From Eledone cirrhosa (Eukaryota): DNA of 64,000 bases. Where the stretch lies: the NCBI GenBank assembly GCA_964016885.1, contig OZ024740.1, positions 53,940,001-54,004,000 on the forward strand. Direction: 5' to 3'. Under the pieces are notes generated by a model. It did no database searches. It was not told where the DNA came from and saw nothing but the letters and a program-made list of their open reading frames with translations. Positions 47,849-62,185 of this stretch are shown in pieces. Positions within the stretch are counted from its first letter, which is position 1, and every line of letters begins with the position of its first letter. The position numbers were made by a program, and so were the translations under genes.

Positions 47849-49601
47849 ATGACTGCAGGTGTTAAAGCCGCCGCCACCACCGCCACCACCACCGCGACAA
47901 CCACCACCCCACCACCACCGCGACAACAGAAACAAAAGAAAAAAATAAATTAACTCGTGATATCGAAATGAATTCAACCAAAATGAACTCTTCCACACCG
48001 AACACCACTGACGCCACCACCACCACAACTGAAACTAAAATTAACAATAACTAAAATAACGATGAAATTAAGAAAACCACCCTGAGAGTTGCCAGAGTAG
48101 CAAAACTGCGAAGCATTTCAGGTAACTCAGGAGGAATTAGAAGAAGCCAAACAAATGGTAAAGAAATATGGGTACAGGGTCAGGCTCACCACCTAATAAA
48201 ATGGAGCATCGGTGTCTATGCACCGTGTCTTATCGAACAATTAACATAACATCGCGCCGAGTGGAACGGGCATCCGAGTCCCAAATCTAAAAAGCTTTGG
48301 GACATGTGTGGGAAAAAAAACCCACATCAGACGTGGGCAGAAATATGGAACCGTGGACGTGTTCTTTGAAACACCACAGAAGGCTAGAGAACACTCCATG
48401 GCCCATTAAGAAGTGACGACTTCACACTCGTCCCAAGCTATTGTGGCCAGAAACTCGTAAAGATCAGGGTCACCCACGTTCCACCGGCCATCGAAATTCC
48501 CTGGCTAATAGCTGCTGTCCTCGCCGGCATCGAAGCCAACACCAAGATAATAGAAATAGCTAAAGAAAAGCAGGAGAACTGGTCCGGATCTGGGATGGAG
48601 CTTCTGATCCAAGCGCACCAAAAAAAGCATTGAGGAGATCCCAGAGGTAATAGACCTCACCGTAATTGTCGAGGGCAGAAGGCCTAGGTGTGTCGTTTGT
48701 GGTGAAGGAACCCACCTAAGGGCTTTCTGCCCTCAGGCTAAAAGGATGAGGCCACCTCTCCTACCCACCCCAGTGACTACCATCAACACCACCAGCAGCA
48801 GAGATGGCAGCAACAACTATAGCAGCAACAACAGAAGCAACTGTAACAGCAACAACCCCAGCAAGAGTAGCAAAACCAACACCAACACCACCCAACGCGC
48901 CAGAACTAGCACCAGCGACTACACCATCCACCACGCCACAACCAAAACTAACGCCCGTGGAGGATTTTCCACTCCCCGGGCTATCACAACTGGACACAGA
49001 TTGTGACGACGAGGAGTGGGAAACGGTATCAGGAAAAAAGAAAAAAAGAAACCAAAAAAGAAAAAAAATCTCTTCCTTTCCCCTCCAAAAACAAAATACA
49101 GAGGAAAACAATTAAACTATCAAACAAAAAAGTTAGGACAGACATGCCACCATCCACACCAGCATCACCAACCCCATCACCCCAAACACCAACACCATCA
49201 CCATCATTAACCCCAACACCACCATCATCTACACCACAAAAGTCACCAAAATGCGAAACAGAAACAAACCCACAACAAACGCAAACAAAACAAAACAACC
49301 AAAACGATACACACTACACAGCATTAAATTTGAACAACAACCAATTATTACACTACATCCAACACAACACCAGCATCACAGAAAAAGACTACACAACAAC
49401 CCAAAAGTTCACACCAACTCCATACATACAAATCACTCGCATCACACAGAAAACATACATGACACTGAAAACAAAAATTCCCCAAAGACATCCGAGACTT
49501 CCGACAAGCTCTCTCCAGGAGGATTTATAAGGACATCCTTCCTGAGGAGGCCACAAGCAGTGAAAAGGATGGAGAAACCGTCCTTCCTCTACGAGAAGTA
49601 A
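47849..49601 (+). pseudogene. LINE ORF1 (gag-like, CCHC knuckle, Thr/Pro-rich), disrupted
   Basis: VIVEGRRPRCVVCGEGTHLRAFCP (CX2CX4HX4C, 48689-48730); WETVSGKKKKR motif. Confidence 0.8.
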
Positions 49602-49640
49602 GGTAAGTGGTCTTTCCCATCTTTTCCACTCCATTTCAAC

Positions 49641-52600
49641 ATGACCTCACTCAGAATAGGCAGCATAAATGCGCGTGGCTTGGGGTCGTCATGGAAGCAG
49701 GGCCACCTGCTCAACGACCTCACGTCACTAAACATAGATGTAGTGGCCATCAGCGAGACCAGAATCTCCGAAGCACGGGCCTTCGCACCGATCTTCGGCG
49801 GCTACAATGTGTACGCATCTCCCAGCCGTCCGGGATCGGGGGAGGAGTTGCTGTGTTTTTTCGGAGAGGTTTGGATCTTGCCATACGGGACATCTTCCTG
49901 GACCCAGAAGGTAAGTTCGTGGTGCTGGACGTGACCAGCGGAGACGGTCAAGCTTTCTGGTTAATGGCCGTCTATGCCCCGACAGGAGCAGGGCGGCCTG
50001 ATTTCTTCCGGCGTCTGGAGACGTTTCTTGGAACGTCCCGCTTTTTAGTGTTAGTGGGCGACTGGAACGGGATCTTAGATGCACGCTGGGACTGTGTGGG
50101 ATTAGTGGATAGGGAAGGAGGGTGCAAGAGTCTCACCAACCTGCTCAGGCGTTTTGAACTGTCTGACAGGTATCGATTGGATTTCCCGAATGTGCCAATG
50201 TGGACTTGGACAAATCGCATGGGGTCATCCACATCATATCTAGATAGAGTATTTTGTAGGGAAATAGATAGGTCTAGCATAGGCTGTCCACAATTCAAGA
50301 TAGTCAGCTACACGGACCAAAAATTTGTGATCTGTGTGCTTGACTTAGATAAGCTTCATAGACGAGGACCCGGCTACTGGAAGCTAAACGCGTCCTTACC
50401 AGCGCGCAAGGCCTACAGAGACCGGATTAGCGAACTAGTTAAGCGGGCGTTGATGGGGGCCATCGTCAACAACAAGTGGTGGTTTGCTCTGAAAAGAGCA
50501 ATTAGAATAGAGTCCATTAGGTTTAGTAAGGCTTTAGCAATAGAGAAAAAGAGAGCAGAGGGAGAATTATTAGAAAATTAGACGAGGCGCTTAGCAAAGG
50601 CATCGCGACCGACGTACTTGCGGCGAAATTGGCCCATGACCAATTCTTCAATGCAAAGCACGAAGGCTCGTTGTCAGAGCTAGGGTGCGTGCTCTCAGAC
50701 ACGAGGGGACGAAAGCCGTTCAATGGGCCCGAGTGGATGAGGCGCGTCGTGGCAACAAAGCCACGATAGGTCTTTGGTGGACCGTGACGGACGGGCGCAT
50801 GCTACTCGATCCCGAGCAAATGTGTGAAGCTTTTCAGCGACACTTCGCACAACTGTTCGGGGGCAGCGGCGGGCCGGATCCAGGGATGGACTTTAGTGTC
50901 TACCTCGACGGACTGCCGCGGCTATCGGCCACTGAGGCGGAGTGTTGCGAAAAGCAGATAACAGCCGCTGGAGTACGACAGGCAATGACTGGCTGTACAA
51001 GGGGTAAATCGCTCTAAATTGCCCTATGAATTTTACGTACAGATGCGAGACTTGTTCGGAGGCCTCTTGGCGGACGTCTACTGCAACTGGCAACAGAACG
51101 GGAGAATTCCCAGCTCTGTGAGCCGAGGAGCTGTGGCGCTGCTGAGAAAGGATCCGAACAAGGGGATAACATAGATAATTTCAGGCCCATAACCCTGCTA
51201 AACACAGAGTTCAATATTTTGGCCAAGGTGCTAGCAAATAGGTTGGCGCTTGTCGTTGGTGGTCTGGTGGGAGAGGCGCAGACGTGCGCCATTCCCGAAA
51301 GATCCATCCACGACAACCTCCACCTCATGCGATACATCATAGAGAGGGTAGCTAGGGAACCTGGCACGGGTGGGTCCTTTATCAATTTAGATCAGTCGAA
51401 AGCTTTCGATAGGGTCGACCATCGTTACCTAGCGGCAGTTCTGAGGGCGGCTGGCTTTGGGACCGTCTTTGGGATCGCTGCCATGCACAGCGACATCTGC
51501 TCTGTGGTGAGAGTGAACGGTCACCTTTCGGAACCGTTCAACATCATGCGCTCGGTCCGCCAAGGATGTCCCCTCTCGTCCCTCTTGTACGTATTGACTC
51601 TCGAGCCATTACTGCCCAAACTGGAGACGTTGAGATTGTCCCGCGCGAACTAGGATGCGGAAGATCCGTGTCAGCATATGCGGACGATGTCACCGTAGTG
51701 GTGTCGAATGCCAAACACATCGAGGCGATCGGCACTACACTAAGAGAATACGAAGCGGTGACAGGAGCAATGATCAACCATGAAAAGTTAGTGGGCCTGC
51801 AGCTCGGCACCTGGAGAGGCAGGTCCATGCCATCCAACAGCGTCGTCGGGCGCTGGACGGACGGACCAGTTAAATTGCTAGGGGTCTGGTTCGGTCCGGA
51901 TCTTCTGACGGACAAAAACTGGGACGAGGTGACGAGCAAGGTGGCTTCTCTCACCCAGAAATGGGCCGAGAGGAAGCTATCGCTGAAAGGTCGAGCGGAG
52001 GTGGCTAACGCGTATATAGCGTCCGTCATCTACTACCGCCTGACCGTCGTACCTTGTCCTAAGCCCCGCCTGACTGCGCTGGAGCGTTTGCTCTTTCGCT
52101 TTTTGTGGAAGGGACGCGCTCCGATGGTCAGGCGGTCCATCTGCTGTCAACACCCGCTACGTGGAGGGCTGGGAATGCCATGGCTGATGATGCGCAGACC
52201 AGCGCTCAGGCTACGACATCTCCACCTCTTCCTCGACGGTGATCAGGTGTGGTCTCCGTTTGCTAGACGCGTCTTTCCTCAGCTCGTCTCCTTGACGGAG
52301 CTGCAGTCCTGGGTCAAGCGAAGACCGAGAGGGAGCGCTTGGAGACTGGAATGTCTTCAGGCGCTCACAACCCTCAACCAATCGGGCAATGTGATCGGTG
52401 GAAACTCCACCTTGGCGTTCTATAGAAGATCAGTGGAGGGGAAGAGCGACGACGTACTTGGGGAAACTCTAGGCGTCGAGGAAAATCAACTAGCCAATCT
52501 CTTCGGAAGAACTTCCGGGCCGGGGCCTATGGACAACTTCCAGAAATCCCTGGCCTGGCAGTGCTACCGAGGAGCTTTGCCAGTTCGGGATAAACTCTAC

Positions 52601-53044
52601 AGGCATGGAGGTGCCGTCAGCTGGTCATGTCCGAGATGCACGCAGGGCGACGAAACCGTCCTGCACGCACTCCTCCAGTGTCCGAGCATTACTGACTTGT
52701 GGGTTTATGTCGAACACCTGCTGTCGCGTGTAGGACGGATCCGGCTATCAGCTGAGTCCATCGTGAGGATTGCCCCGCCCTCTTCCTTTAGCCGGGAAGG
52801 GCAGGCAGTTTTTATCTGTCTGGTGGCCATGGCGAAAGAGATAGTATGGTGGACACGTTTGAAAGGGCTGAAGACGAGCACTAACCTCTTCGGTGATGCC
52901 CTGATTAACTTTTTCAAATTTCATTTGAAAAGGAAAATCAGGGTAGAAAGGGAAGTGCTCTCTTCCCAGCATTTTGTTGAAAGATGGGTGAGAGAGGCAA
53001 TAATGGCCCGAGTGAATGGGCCTATTCTGAGTATGTGTCTGTAA
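49641..53044 (+). pseudogene. LINE ORF2 (APE endonuclease, RT, C-terminal CCHC), several frameshifts
   Basis: SINARGL, ISET, AVYAP, GDWN, YLDR, GYWKLN, LDQSKAFDRV, VRQGCPLS, AYADD, CPRC...ETVLHALLQCP. Confidence 0.92.
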
Positions 53045-53330
53045 ATTAAAGGTGGAAAACTTGGAGAGGGCACTTGCCCTGGTGGTCAGGGTCACTGTGG
53101 CTTTTTAATGGGCTTTCTCCACGAATGTCCCTCGGAAGTCTCCCCCCTATTGGGGAATTTTTTCATTGTTCTATTATTACATCCTCTGTTTCTTGTTTTT
53201 TACACGCAGAAATGCCCATTTGTACCGCCCTGTATTGTCCTGTACTGTCCTTAATGTCTACTTTATGTAGACCCTTGTGGTTAATAAAGAAAGCATTATT
53301 AGTATTGTTATTATTATTATTATTATTTTA

Positions 53331-53429
<99 letters not shown>

Positions 53430-56269
53430 AATAATTTCCCACAGGGAATCTTTTCATCAAATATAAATGCATTTTTCTCTCTTCCTTTATTTAAGATGCC
53501 ATATCTTACACATAAACCAATTACAAGGATACAGAGAAAAACGGCCTGTCACAATTAGAACCATAGTGAAGTTATAAAGCCCACCATTTTATGTCAAGAG
53601 CAAGATAAGAAATGGGTCTGAATGGATGTTACCCAATAGATAATATCTACGTGTTTTCCCACACTGCATGCTTAAGGCATTAGATCTCACCAAACCATTA
53701 ACTCTTAACGCCCTACAAGATAGAAGAACGCACACAGGGGAGGTAATAATTGAGGAGAGGTTTCCAAGCGAAACACCTGCTAAGTTCTTGAGTTTTGTCT
53801 CTTGAGAGCGACGTATACTTTGATGTTTTCATCATTTATGTTTATCCACTTTTTCCTAAAACTCTTTCCTTACTCGCCCGCTTAAATTTTCTATTCACAT
53901 ATCATGCGCCTTTTCCTTCTCATCCCCAATATCTTGATAATGTTCTCTTCTGAAATACTTAGTATCACCCTCTTTTTTTCCAGGTTCTAAACCATAAATA
54001 CATAATCCAATATGTTGATCGTCCAATTTGCCATTATTTCATTATTTCTCAAGTTCTACTTATTGCTAGCTCTATAATTTTGGCATGACGATATGTAGGT
54101 CATTTTTGTTCTTAATGGAACACACACACACACACGCATACGCGCACACACACATACACACATACATACATATACACACACACAAACACACACACACATA
54201 TATATATATACATATATATATATACATGCGTTTCAACGTTCATAGTATTAATATCGCTACTAGGAAACACTAAATATCTCCACAGCTAAAGCTGTCAGGA
54301 TATTAACGCTAGCATTTGAGGTAAAGAACCTAAAGTTAGTATTGCTCGCATATAAAAAATTTGTAGAGTGACGTCATCTATATTAATATCTTCAATGATT
54401 TCCCACCTTAAAACCAGGTTTGGCCATATATAATGGTGGTGAAATTAATAAATTGATATCGATATACTTTCTCAAATACTTTGCACCTTCTTTTGCATTA
54501 GATGGTGATGGATATTTTCCATGAACTGAATGGCTTCACAAAGGCAAATGAATTACATTTCTCTCCACTGAATTATAAATATAATTTCAAGAAAGAAAAA
54601 TCGTATAAAATCTTGAGAAAATATGACGATAGTGATTGTTTGAAGAGTAATTTAATCAAAGGATTGATTGAAGCTTAATGATAATATAACCTATATTGTA
54701 TCAGTGATTAAACAAATTATTAGAAGTGTGTGTATAGCGCTACGGCGACTCAACGAATGGATTAATGGAGTAATGTAGGTTTACCAATCATATTAGTCAA
54801 AAAATGAAGTATTAATATTAATCGTGTTTGTAGAGAGAAATTCTACAACTCAAGTATTTACGTCTTTAGCATCATTAAGTGTCCGTTCACAACGTAATAA
54901 GCCCGGAGGAAAAACAAAGTGTATCATTCTCAACGAAAGAATACGATGGACTGAAAAAATAATTACCTATTGTGTAATAGTAAAGTAAACTTTTTGCATG
55001 ATTTATGATAGAAACCCTATGAACTTTCTGTACTTAATATAGTAAATAATTCCGCACAAAAGTTGATTCGTTAGGAATTTCTTTTGTGACTTAGTCAGAA
55101 GTGTACGAAAATGTAAATGGCTCTTTTCAGAAAATTTGAAACAGTTTGAAGGAAGAGAAAAATTATTTTCCGATAAAAGACCGAATACATCGATGACTCT
55201 TTTTACAACACTGAAAATGGATGGATAACCGGAAATTATACCACTGAAATGCTTCTAAAGGTACCAAAGGAATAAATATTATTAAACTGAGTAGTTAATG
55301 AACAATGGGATGTGTGGTTTTAACTAAGTGCGTGGGTGTTCGTTGCCGAACAAAACGTTTTGAACAAAGGCTTTCTAGCCATTGTTATTTTTCGGATCTC
55401 ATTTAAACCAGGTCACGTCATTTGTTGTATCTATTTTTAAAACGGTCGAATCTGATCTGTTATATAACAGCCAAATCTCCTTCAAATGGTACCTCATTGT
55501 CTAAAAATTGTCATGATCTCCCAGTACGTAGGAAAGAGACATCACGGTAGCTAGATTTTGTTTGATTCAAAGTTTAAGTGAGTAGTATTGACCTGAAACT
55601 TAACAACAACAATCAAAACTTTATGTACGAATCCGTGGGTATTGCAGCACTTTGAGCGACTGAGTAGCTCAACTCTGAACACTATCATTCTTCTCTTATA
55701 ATATTTCCTCGGATTAAAAAACCGGATTCAGTCTGACAAATTCCCCGCCGAACTGTTAAGAATAAAAGATTAATGAATGGATTTTAATTCACTATTTTCA
55801 AATGAAAATGCAGCATTTTCAGCTATATAAAAGTTATATAAAAGAAATTCATTTTCCCGTCCACTCGAGATAACAAAGTTCTGTCCAGTAAATCTACCAT
55901 GCACTATTATCAAATAGAGCGACGTGTGAAATATTTAACTGTTTGCGAGCTGGTGTTCTGTCATCTCGTGTCCTGTCATCATTAGGCAAGTTACACTGTC
56001 ACTGTAGGTATACTGTGTTTATCTGCTTGTAGTGAGGTATGTACTATGCGTCTATCTGCTTGAAGTGAGATATATATTATGTGTCTATCTGCTTGTTGTG
56101 TGGTATATACTATGTGTTTACCTGTGGGTGTGTCTGCGTTTTTGTGGTTGTCTGGGTGTCTTTCTGTGATTTTACAATTTTTATATGCATATATATATGT
56201 AGGTATGTGTTTTATCTTTGAGTTCTATAAACCTGGACGCCTGTAAAACTTTAGAACAACCATTTCAAG

Positions 56270-56900
56270 TCCTCAAACACAGCAACCCATTCCCAAGACT
56301 ATGCCAAGCGGTGAAATGTCATTGCGAAGTATTTGTGTGAGCAATAAAACAATACAAAATTTCACTACCATTGTTTCATATTATATTTCTCAGACTTCAG
56401 CGAAATAGCAACATTTTGTATCTGTCATACTCAATGCAATAAGATCGCACCAGTTTTCTGAAAAAGAATAAGCCCGTGAACTATTTCATTAAATAATATA
56501 GTTCTACATACGCCAGAAACTATGTAATGCTCGTTATAGAAGTGATCATTTTACATTGTGTAATATTTTGAAACTACTGATGTGAAAACGCTTGGAAATA
56601 TTTGCCATATGTTCCCTATGCAACATAAAGATATTTTGCAGCACAAAACCCGAGCCATGAACTCAGGTAAATTTTTCCGGTGAATCTATTTATAATTTGG
56701 AAGTCAAGCAATGCCGTTTTAGCATCACTTCCTAAACTTTGTTTCTTGTCTTTTATACCTGAAAGAAATTCAACTTTACCTGACCTTTCCTAGCAAATCG
56801 TCTTGTAAATGAGAGACTAATCTCAAAAATTTGGCAGAAATTAATTACCCTTAAAATGTAATATAACCAAACAACACTTTGTTTTTATGTGCTCATATTT
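56270..56900 (-). pseudogene. Possible highly decayed hAT (Charlie/SPIN-like) transposase
   Basis: Broken traces FEISLS..RRFAR and IAL..TDT, read by eye across frameshifts. Confidence 0.3.
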
Positions 56901-58080
56901 CCATCGAAGAACAGATAATCGTCGATTTAGGACGATAAAAATAAATCACACAACAATATGTTAGAGGGATTTGATACGAAATCGAAACAATTATTAATGA
57001 GAAATTTATGTTTAAATGAAGCAAGACTTATAGAAATTTAGGCATTTTACTTTAATGTACAATTATCATACTTTGCCTGATCCATATAAATTCATGGGTG
57101 ATTATATTATAAGAAACCAAATTGATCAAGCCCGGGGTATACTTGTGTGCGTATTTGATCATATACATACATAAATTCACATGTACATACATACATTCAA
57201 CAATGTTATTTACGAATATAATCTTACTATTATATAATATATGGATAGATTTTTGTTTTAAGCAGTTGATAAGCGACAGAAAACAAGAGATAAATAGAGA
57301 TAGATTGAAAAGTTATTGTAACCCATTTGTAAATAATATTATAAAACCACCATCTATTATTATTGAGGATGGTAGATGATGTTTTTTTTAATTTTTATTT
57401 TTATTGACTTCATCCAATTTGACAAACAATTTTCTTGTTTTTTTCCGACAAGTTAAAGAAAGTGAATGAACTCGCAACACCTGGGACAGCAGTCGTTCAA
57501 TTTATTTAAGGTGGGAGTAAACAGCACTGTTGTAAGACACCTAATGGGGAAAAAACTCAACTGAACCGTGTTTGTGAAATCATTAGACAATGCCTAGCAC
57601 CTACCAAGCAACACCCGCCCACAATAATTCAATACCCTATTCATCCTTTGTTCACAAGCAATGTCCGGTTCAGCTAGGTGGAAAATCTGGTCACTGTCTG
57701 GTCACTGTTACTACTAGTAAAAATGAAGCTTCGCATTTTGTCGTCATGCTTTTATAACACAACCCCTTTTTTTCATTCTTTCAGCGAAACTGAGACTTTA
57801 TAATGATGTTAAATTGATAAAACTATTATTTTCCTACCCACTACCTCACCTCACTCTCCCCTCACCACATCCTTACTGCACCCATACCAAGTGGTGTACA
57901 TTTCTTTTTAGACCATAGTGGTGGTGGAGGTTGTTGTTGTTGTGGTGGTGGTGGCGGTCATAGCCGTTGTCGTCGTCGTCGTCGTATTAGTATTATTATT
58001 ATTATTATTAGTAGTAGTAGCAGAAGCAGCAACAGCATCAAAAGCAGTAATAGTAAAACAACCAACACCAAAATAATGAT

Positions 58081-58184
58081 AATAATTGTTTCTACTTTAG
58101 GCACAAGGCCAGCAATTACCCAGTTCATTACTGGTACTTTATTTTATCGACCCCGTAAGGATGAAAGGCAAAGTCAACCTCGGC
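58081..58184 (-). mobile_element. 5'-truncated SINE
   Basis: Consensus 3' half. Confidence 0.85.
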
Positions 58185-58503
58185 AAAATAATGATAATAA
58201 TGATATTGATGTTGACAGAGAAGACGACGACGACGACAACTATGATGACGATGATGATGATAATAGTAATGATGATGATGATGAAGATAATAGTAATGAT
58301 GATGCGGGAAAGAAATGCATAAATAGAATTACAGAAAAAAAAAGAAAAACATATATGTGAATACAATGAAATAGGGAAAAAAATGGAAAACTTAGATAGT
58401 GAAATAATAACCACACGGTATATCAAAAACAGGTGTTTTTTTTATTATTAAATAGTGGTGTACTGTAGATGGAGATACAAGAACACAAACATATGCACAC
58501 ACA

Positions 58504-58547
<44 letters not shown>

Positions 58548-59406
58548 CGCATTTAGACGCGCAAACATACATTTCCACAGATATATGCGTGTCATTTCAG
58601 ATCACAGAGAATGAAATACACACAATTACACAAACCAGACACACACACGTGCATATATATTCATACACATACACACAGTCAACTATTTACAAACAAATAT
58701 ACCTGTTCATTTAACAATGCAAACACTTGCTTGAATAATGCACATGAAACCATCACTTTTTTTCAAAATATGCCATACTTGATATATTTGTAGAATACGT
58801 ATGCAGAAATACATGTATATGTACATCAATTCCATTGTAAAACAAACGACACACATGCACAAAATCATGTATAAATTCATACATATAGCTATTTCTCTTT
58901 CTTATTCAATGTCTGCTAAAATGGAGGGTAATGATGATTCAATTGTCCTGAAGGTGTTTCTTCTTTAGAGCTGTTTACTACTTGACAATAATTATTCCAG
59001 TTGTTGTTGTTGTTGTTTAACCTCAGGTCAACCCTAATTGAGTAGACCTATATTCAAAGTGTTTTATTCACGTTATTTTTAGAAACGTCAACCAGGATTA
59101 TTATACACATTGTGCCATACATTTATTAATATTGCATTCCAATTCGTCCACTCTGGTTTCTCATAAAAAGGAAATTCAACCATTTCGAATTCCAACAATG
59201 ATTTGAACTATTACTCAACTCCAGCTACCGCTTCATAAATCAGAAAAGTGTTTTTCTATTCCTAGAAGTTCTTTGTAGATATATTGAACTTAATATTGTA
59301 GAGCGCCCAAGCAATCCATCATTTTACAATTTACTGTCACTTGCAAACAGGATTTATATTAGTGTCTCTATGGGTTTATCAGAGTAGGAAGGATAGCATT
59401 ATTTCA

Positions 59407-59585
59407 TGCAGTATCGGTAGAGGATCGGACGCCATGCTTTCCAGCATAGTTACGTCCCTTTACGATCTGAGTTCAAATCCCGCCGTGGTTGACTTTGCCT
59501 TTCATCCTTACGGGGTCGATAAAATAAAGTACCAGTAATGCACTGGGTAATTGCTGGCCTTGTGCCTAAAGTAGAAACAATTATT
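59407..59585 (+). mobile_element. tRNA-derived SINE
   Basis: Consensus match. Confidence 0.88.
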
Positions 59586-60164
59586 TCATAAACTCCGATG
59601 TTACAGGGAAGACGTTGACTTAAGGCCGATAACATGGCTTCTAACAGACTTGAGTCCGATGAAATAGCTACATGCAGTTAGACTCATATAAAAATTGTCA
59701 ATGTCATTGGTAAATTTCATAGCACAAATTGGAACATTAAATATATATGAACGACACTTTCTCATCCTTTAGCCATATATTTAAGGGGCCATTGCACCAC
59801 ACAATAACACAGTAGAGGTGGAATTCCAGAGAGTTATCATCAAGAACGGCTACCATACGTCTCTCACCAAACACTGGAATGCTAAGGCAGCAACACTTAA
59901 AAAAGCAAGGAAGACTCTAGGGGTAACATAAGCTGTTGCATTTCAATGAGAATACGACCGCTGCCAACAGACAATCCAGCCGTAGGAAGTGCTTAAATAT
60001 ACAGCTGCCTCACTCGGGACCTTCATTGAGGAGACTATTCAACATACGCAAACGTACACTTCCCTATTGTCTTACCAACGACACAGAAATGTGCATGAGA
60101 GCGTATGTGTTGTACAAGGTCATATATAAAAATGTAGCCCCTCCTATATCGAGGAGATTTTCTA

Positions 60165-60688
60165 ACCAGGAAGGGTATGGCATGGTCAGCGTGCAATGAC
60201 ATGCACGCCATATGGATATCTCAACTTACCAACAAGCTAAAACTGGAAATATTCCAAGCAACCATTAAGCCCATATTACTTTATGGATCCGAAACTTGGA
60301 CACTAACATCACATCTTGAGAGGAGATTGGATGGCACATATACCCGCCTCTTAATGAGAGTGCAAAACCTAGCCTGGAAACGACATCCCACCTTGTCTAA
60401 AATCTACGGCAAACTCCCTCGAGCCTCTGCCCTTCTAAAATCCCGGAGAGCTCAATTTGCTGGCCACTGTCACCGTGCCAGCAATGAAATCATATCCGCT
60501 CTCTTGCTCTGGAACCCTGACTCCAGCCTAACTAGGAGTAGGAAGCTGTGATTCCCTGACGTTATCTCTAGGGAGACGGGAATCAGTAGACAGGACCCGG
60601 GGGCAGCGATGGGGGACAGGGAATTCTGGGGCATGATAGTGAGATCCATCATCTCGACAGTAGTCGACGAATGATGATGATGATGATA
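60165..60688 (+). mobile_element. 3' fragment of RTE-X LINE with (TGA)n tail
   Basis: ILLYGSETWTLT...RLDGTYTRLLMRV...FAGHCHR; ATGATGATG tail. Confidence 0.85.
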
Positions 60689-61200
60689 TCGAGGGTAGTG
60701 ACGAATTCCTGCATATAAGATCAGGGAGCATATGATGTCAAAAAGAAGAACCAAAACATCTTGATAAATGCCGTTGCCAAGTCATTGAGATTACCATAGA
60801 AGTGACGTAAAGGAATATGGGCAGTTTACGAATATGAAGAAAAACAAAAACAACAACAAAACACACACACACAAATAATAGTTTGGAAATGAATGAAGCA
60901 GATTAGCTACTTTAACGATCCCAGGCATGCGTATTACATACACGTTGACCAGTTAAAAAAGAACTCATTGATCATTTATTATTGCTTTGAACCGTTTCTG
61001 TTTCATATTTGACATGAAGGTGTTAACCCCGAAATATCATGCTGGAATATATATATACTAGGTAAAATATTACTTTGTTTTGCTTATTTCTAATCCTTTT
61101 CCCTTCATACATTTCTACCGCATTGTACCGGCTGTTTGAAACTTATCCATAATTTATTACACGTCTCACACTGGTTCGTATTAACAATAAATATGTAAAC

Positions 61201-61250
<50 letters not shown>

Positions 61251-61514
61251 GTGTTTGTGAGTGTGTGTGTGACTATGTGTGTTTCTCTGTATGTGTGTGT
61301 TTGTGTGTGTGTGACCGTATGATGCACCCACTCGTCTAATATCCATGCATTCCATGGGTTTATGTCTAAATATTATGACACCTGGTCTGAGTTCTTGTCT
61401 GAAAGTCAAACTAGGCAAGTATCGACCAATTAAATATCCCTGAAGTCTTGCAGTAGATTAAATAGCATTTTTTATTTATTGGCTTAAATTCATTGCTATA
61501 ATGTATAGATTAGT

Positions 61515-61746
61515 GAGTGCGGTGGATTGAAGGAGGTGATAGAGCAACGCATAAATGCTTAACAGTATTTGGCAGTATTTGTTTCGGCGTTATACTTCCT
61601 GATTCCAAATCCCCAGCGAAGTCAAATTTGCCTTTCATTGTTCTGGGCTCGAAGAATCATGTGACAGTCAAATACAGGACTTGATTTAATTGACTTTTGC
61701 TTCAGTCCGAGATTAATAGCTTTATGCCTAATTTGGAAACAATTAT
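61515..61746 (+). mobile_element. Older diverged SINE
   Basis: GCGGTGGATTG head, TTCCAAATCCC, TTTGCCTTTCAT, GGAAACAATTATT end. Confidence 0.65.
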
Positions 61747-61997
61747 TAATACCATGTTGGAATCTGACTGGAAACAGATTGATTGTTGGATGATTATATC
61801 TATAATGTTAATTTGTATGACAGATATACCGAGGAGAGATTGAAACAATTTTAGTTAGATCGTGTCAAGCAATCATTTTCGTAGCAAGCTGCTGCTGCCA
61901 CTATTACTAGTACTACAACCACTGTCACCACCAACGCCACCAGCACCTCGTACCCACCACCACCAGCACCGCTACTACTACTACTACTACTAATAAT

Positions 61998-62183
61998 AAT
62001 AATTGTATCTACTTTAGCACAAGGCCAGCAATTAACCAGTGCATTACTGGTACTTTATTTCATCCACCCCGTAAGGATGAAAGGCAAAGTCAACCTCGGC
62101 GGGATTTGAACTCAGATCGTAAAGGGAGGTAACTATGCTGGAAAGCATGGTGTCTGACCCTCTACCGATACTGCCAATTCACT
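61998..62183 (-). mobile_element. tRNA-derived SINE
   Basis: Consensus match. Confidence 0.88.
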
Positions 62184-62185
62184 AA

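Larger units (their letters stand above)
47700..53328 (+). mobile_element. Near-full-length Tx1/L1-clade LINE, frameshifted
   Basis: ORF1 with a zinc knuckle, ORF2 APE-RT-CCHC, AATAAA and (TAT)n tail. Confidence 0.92.
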
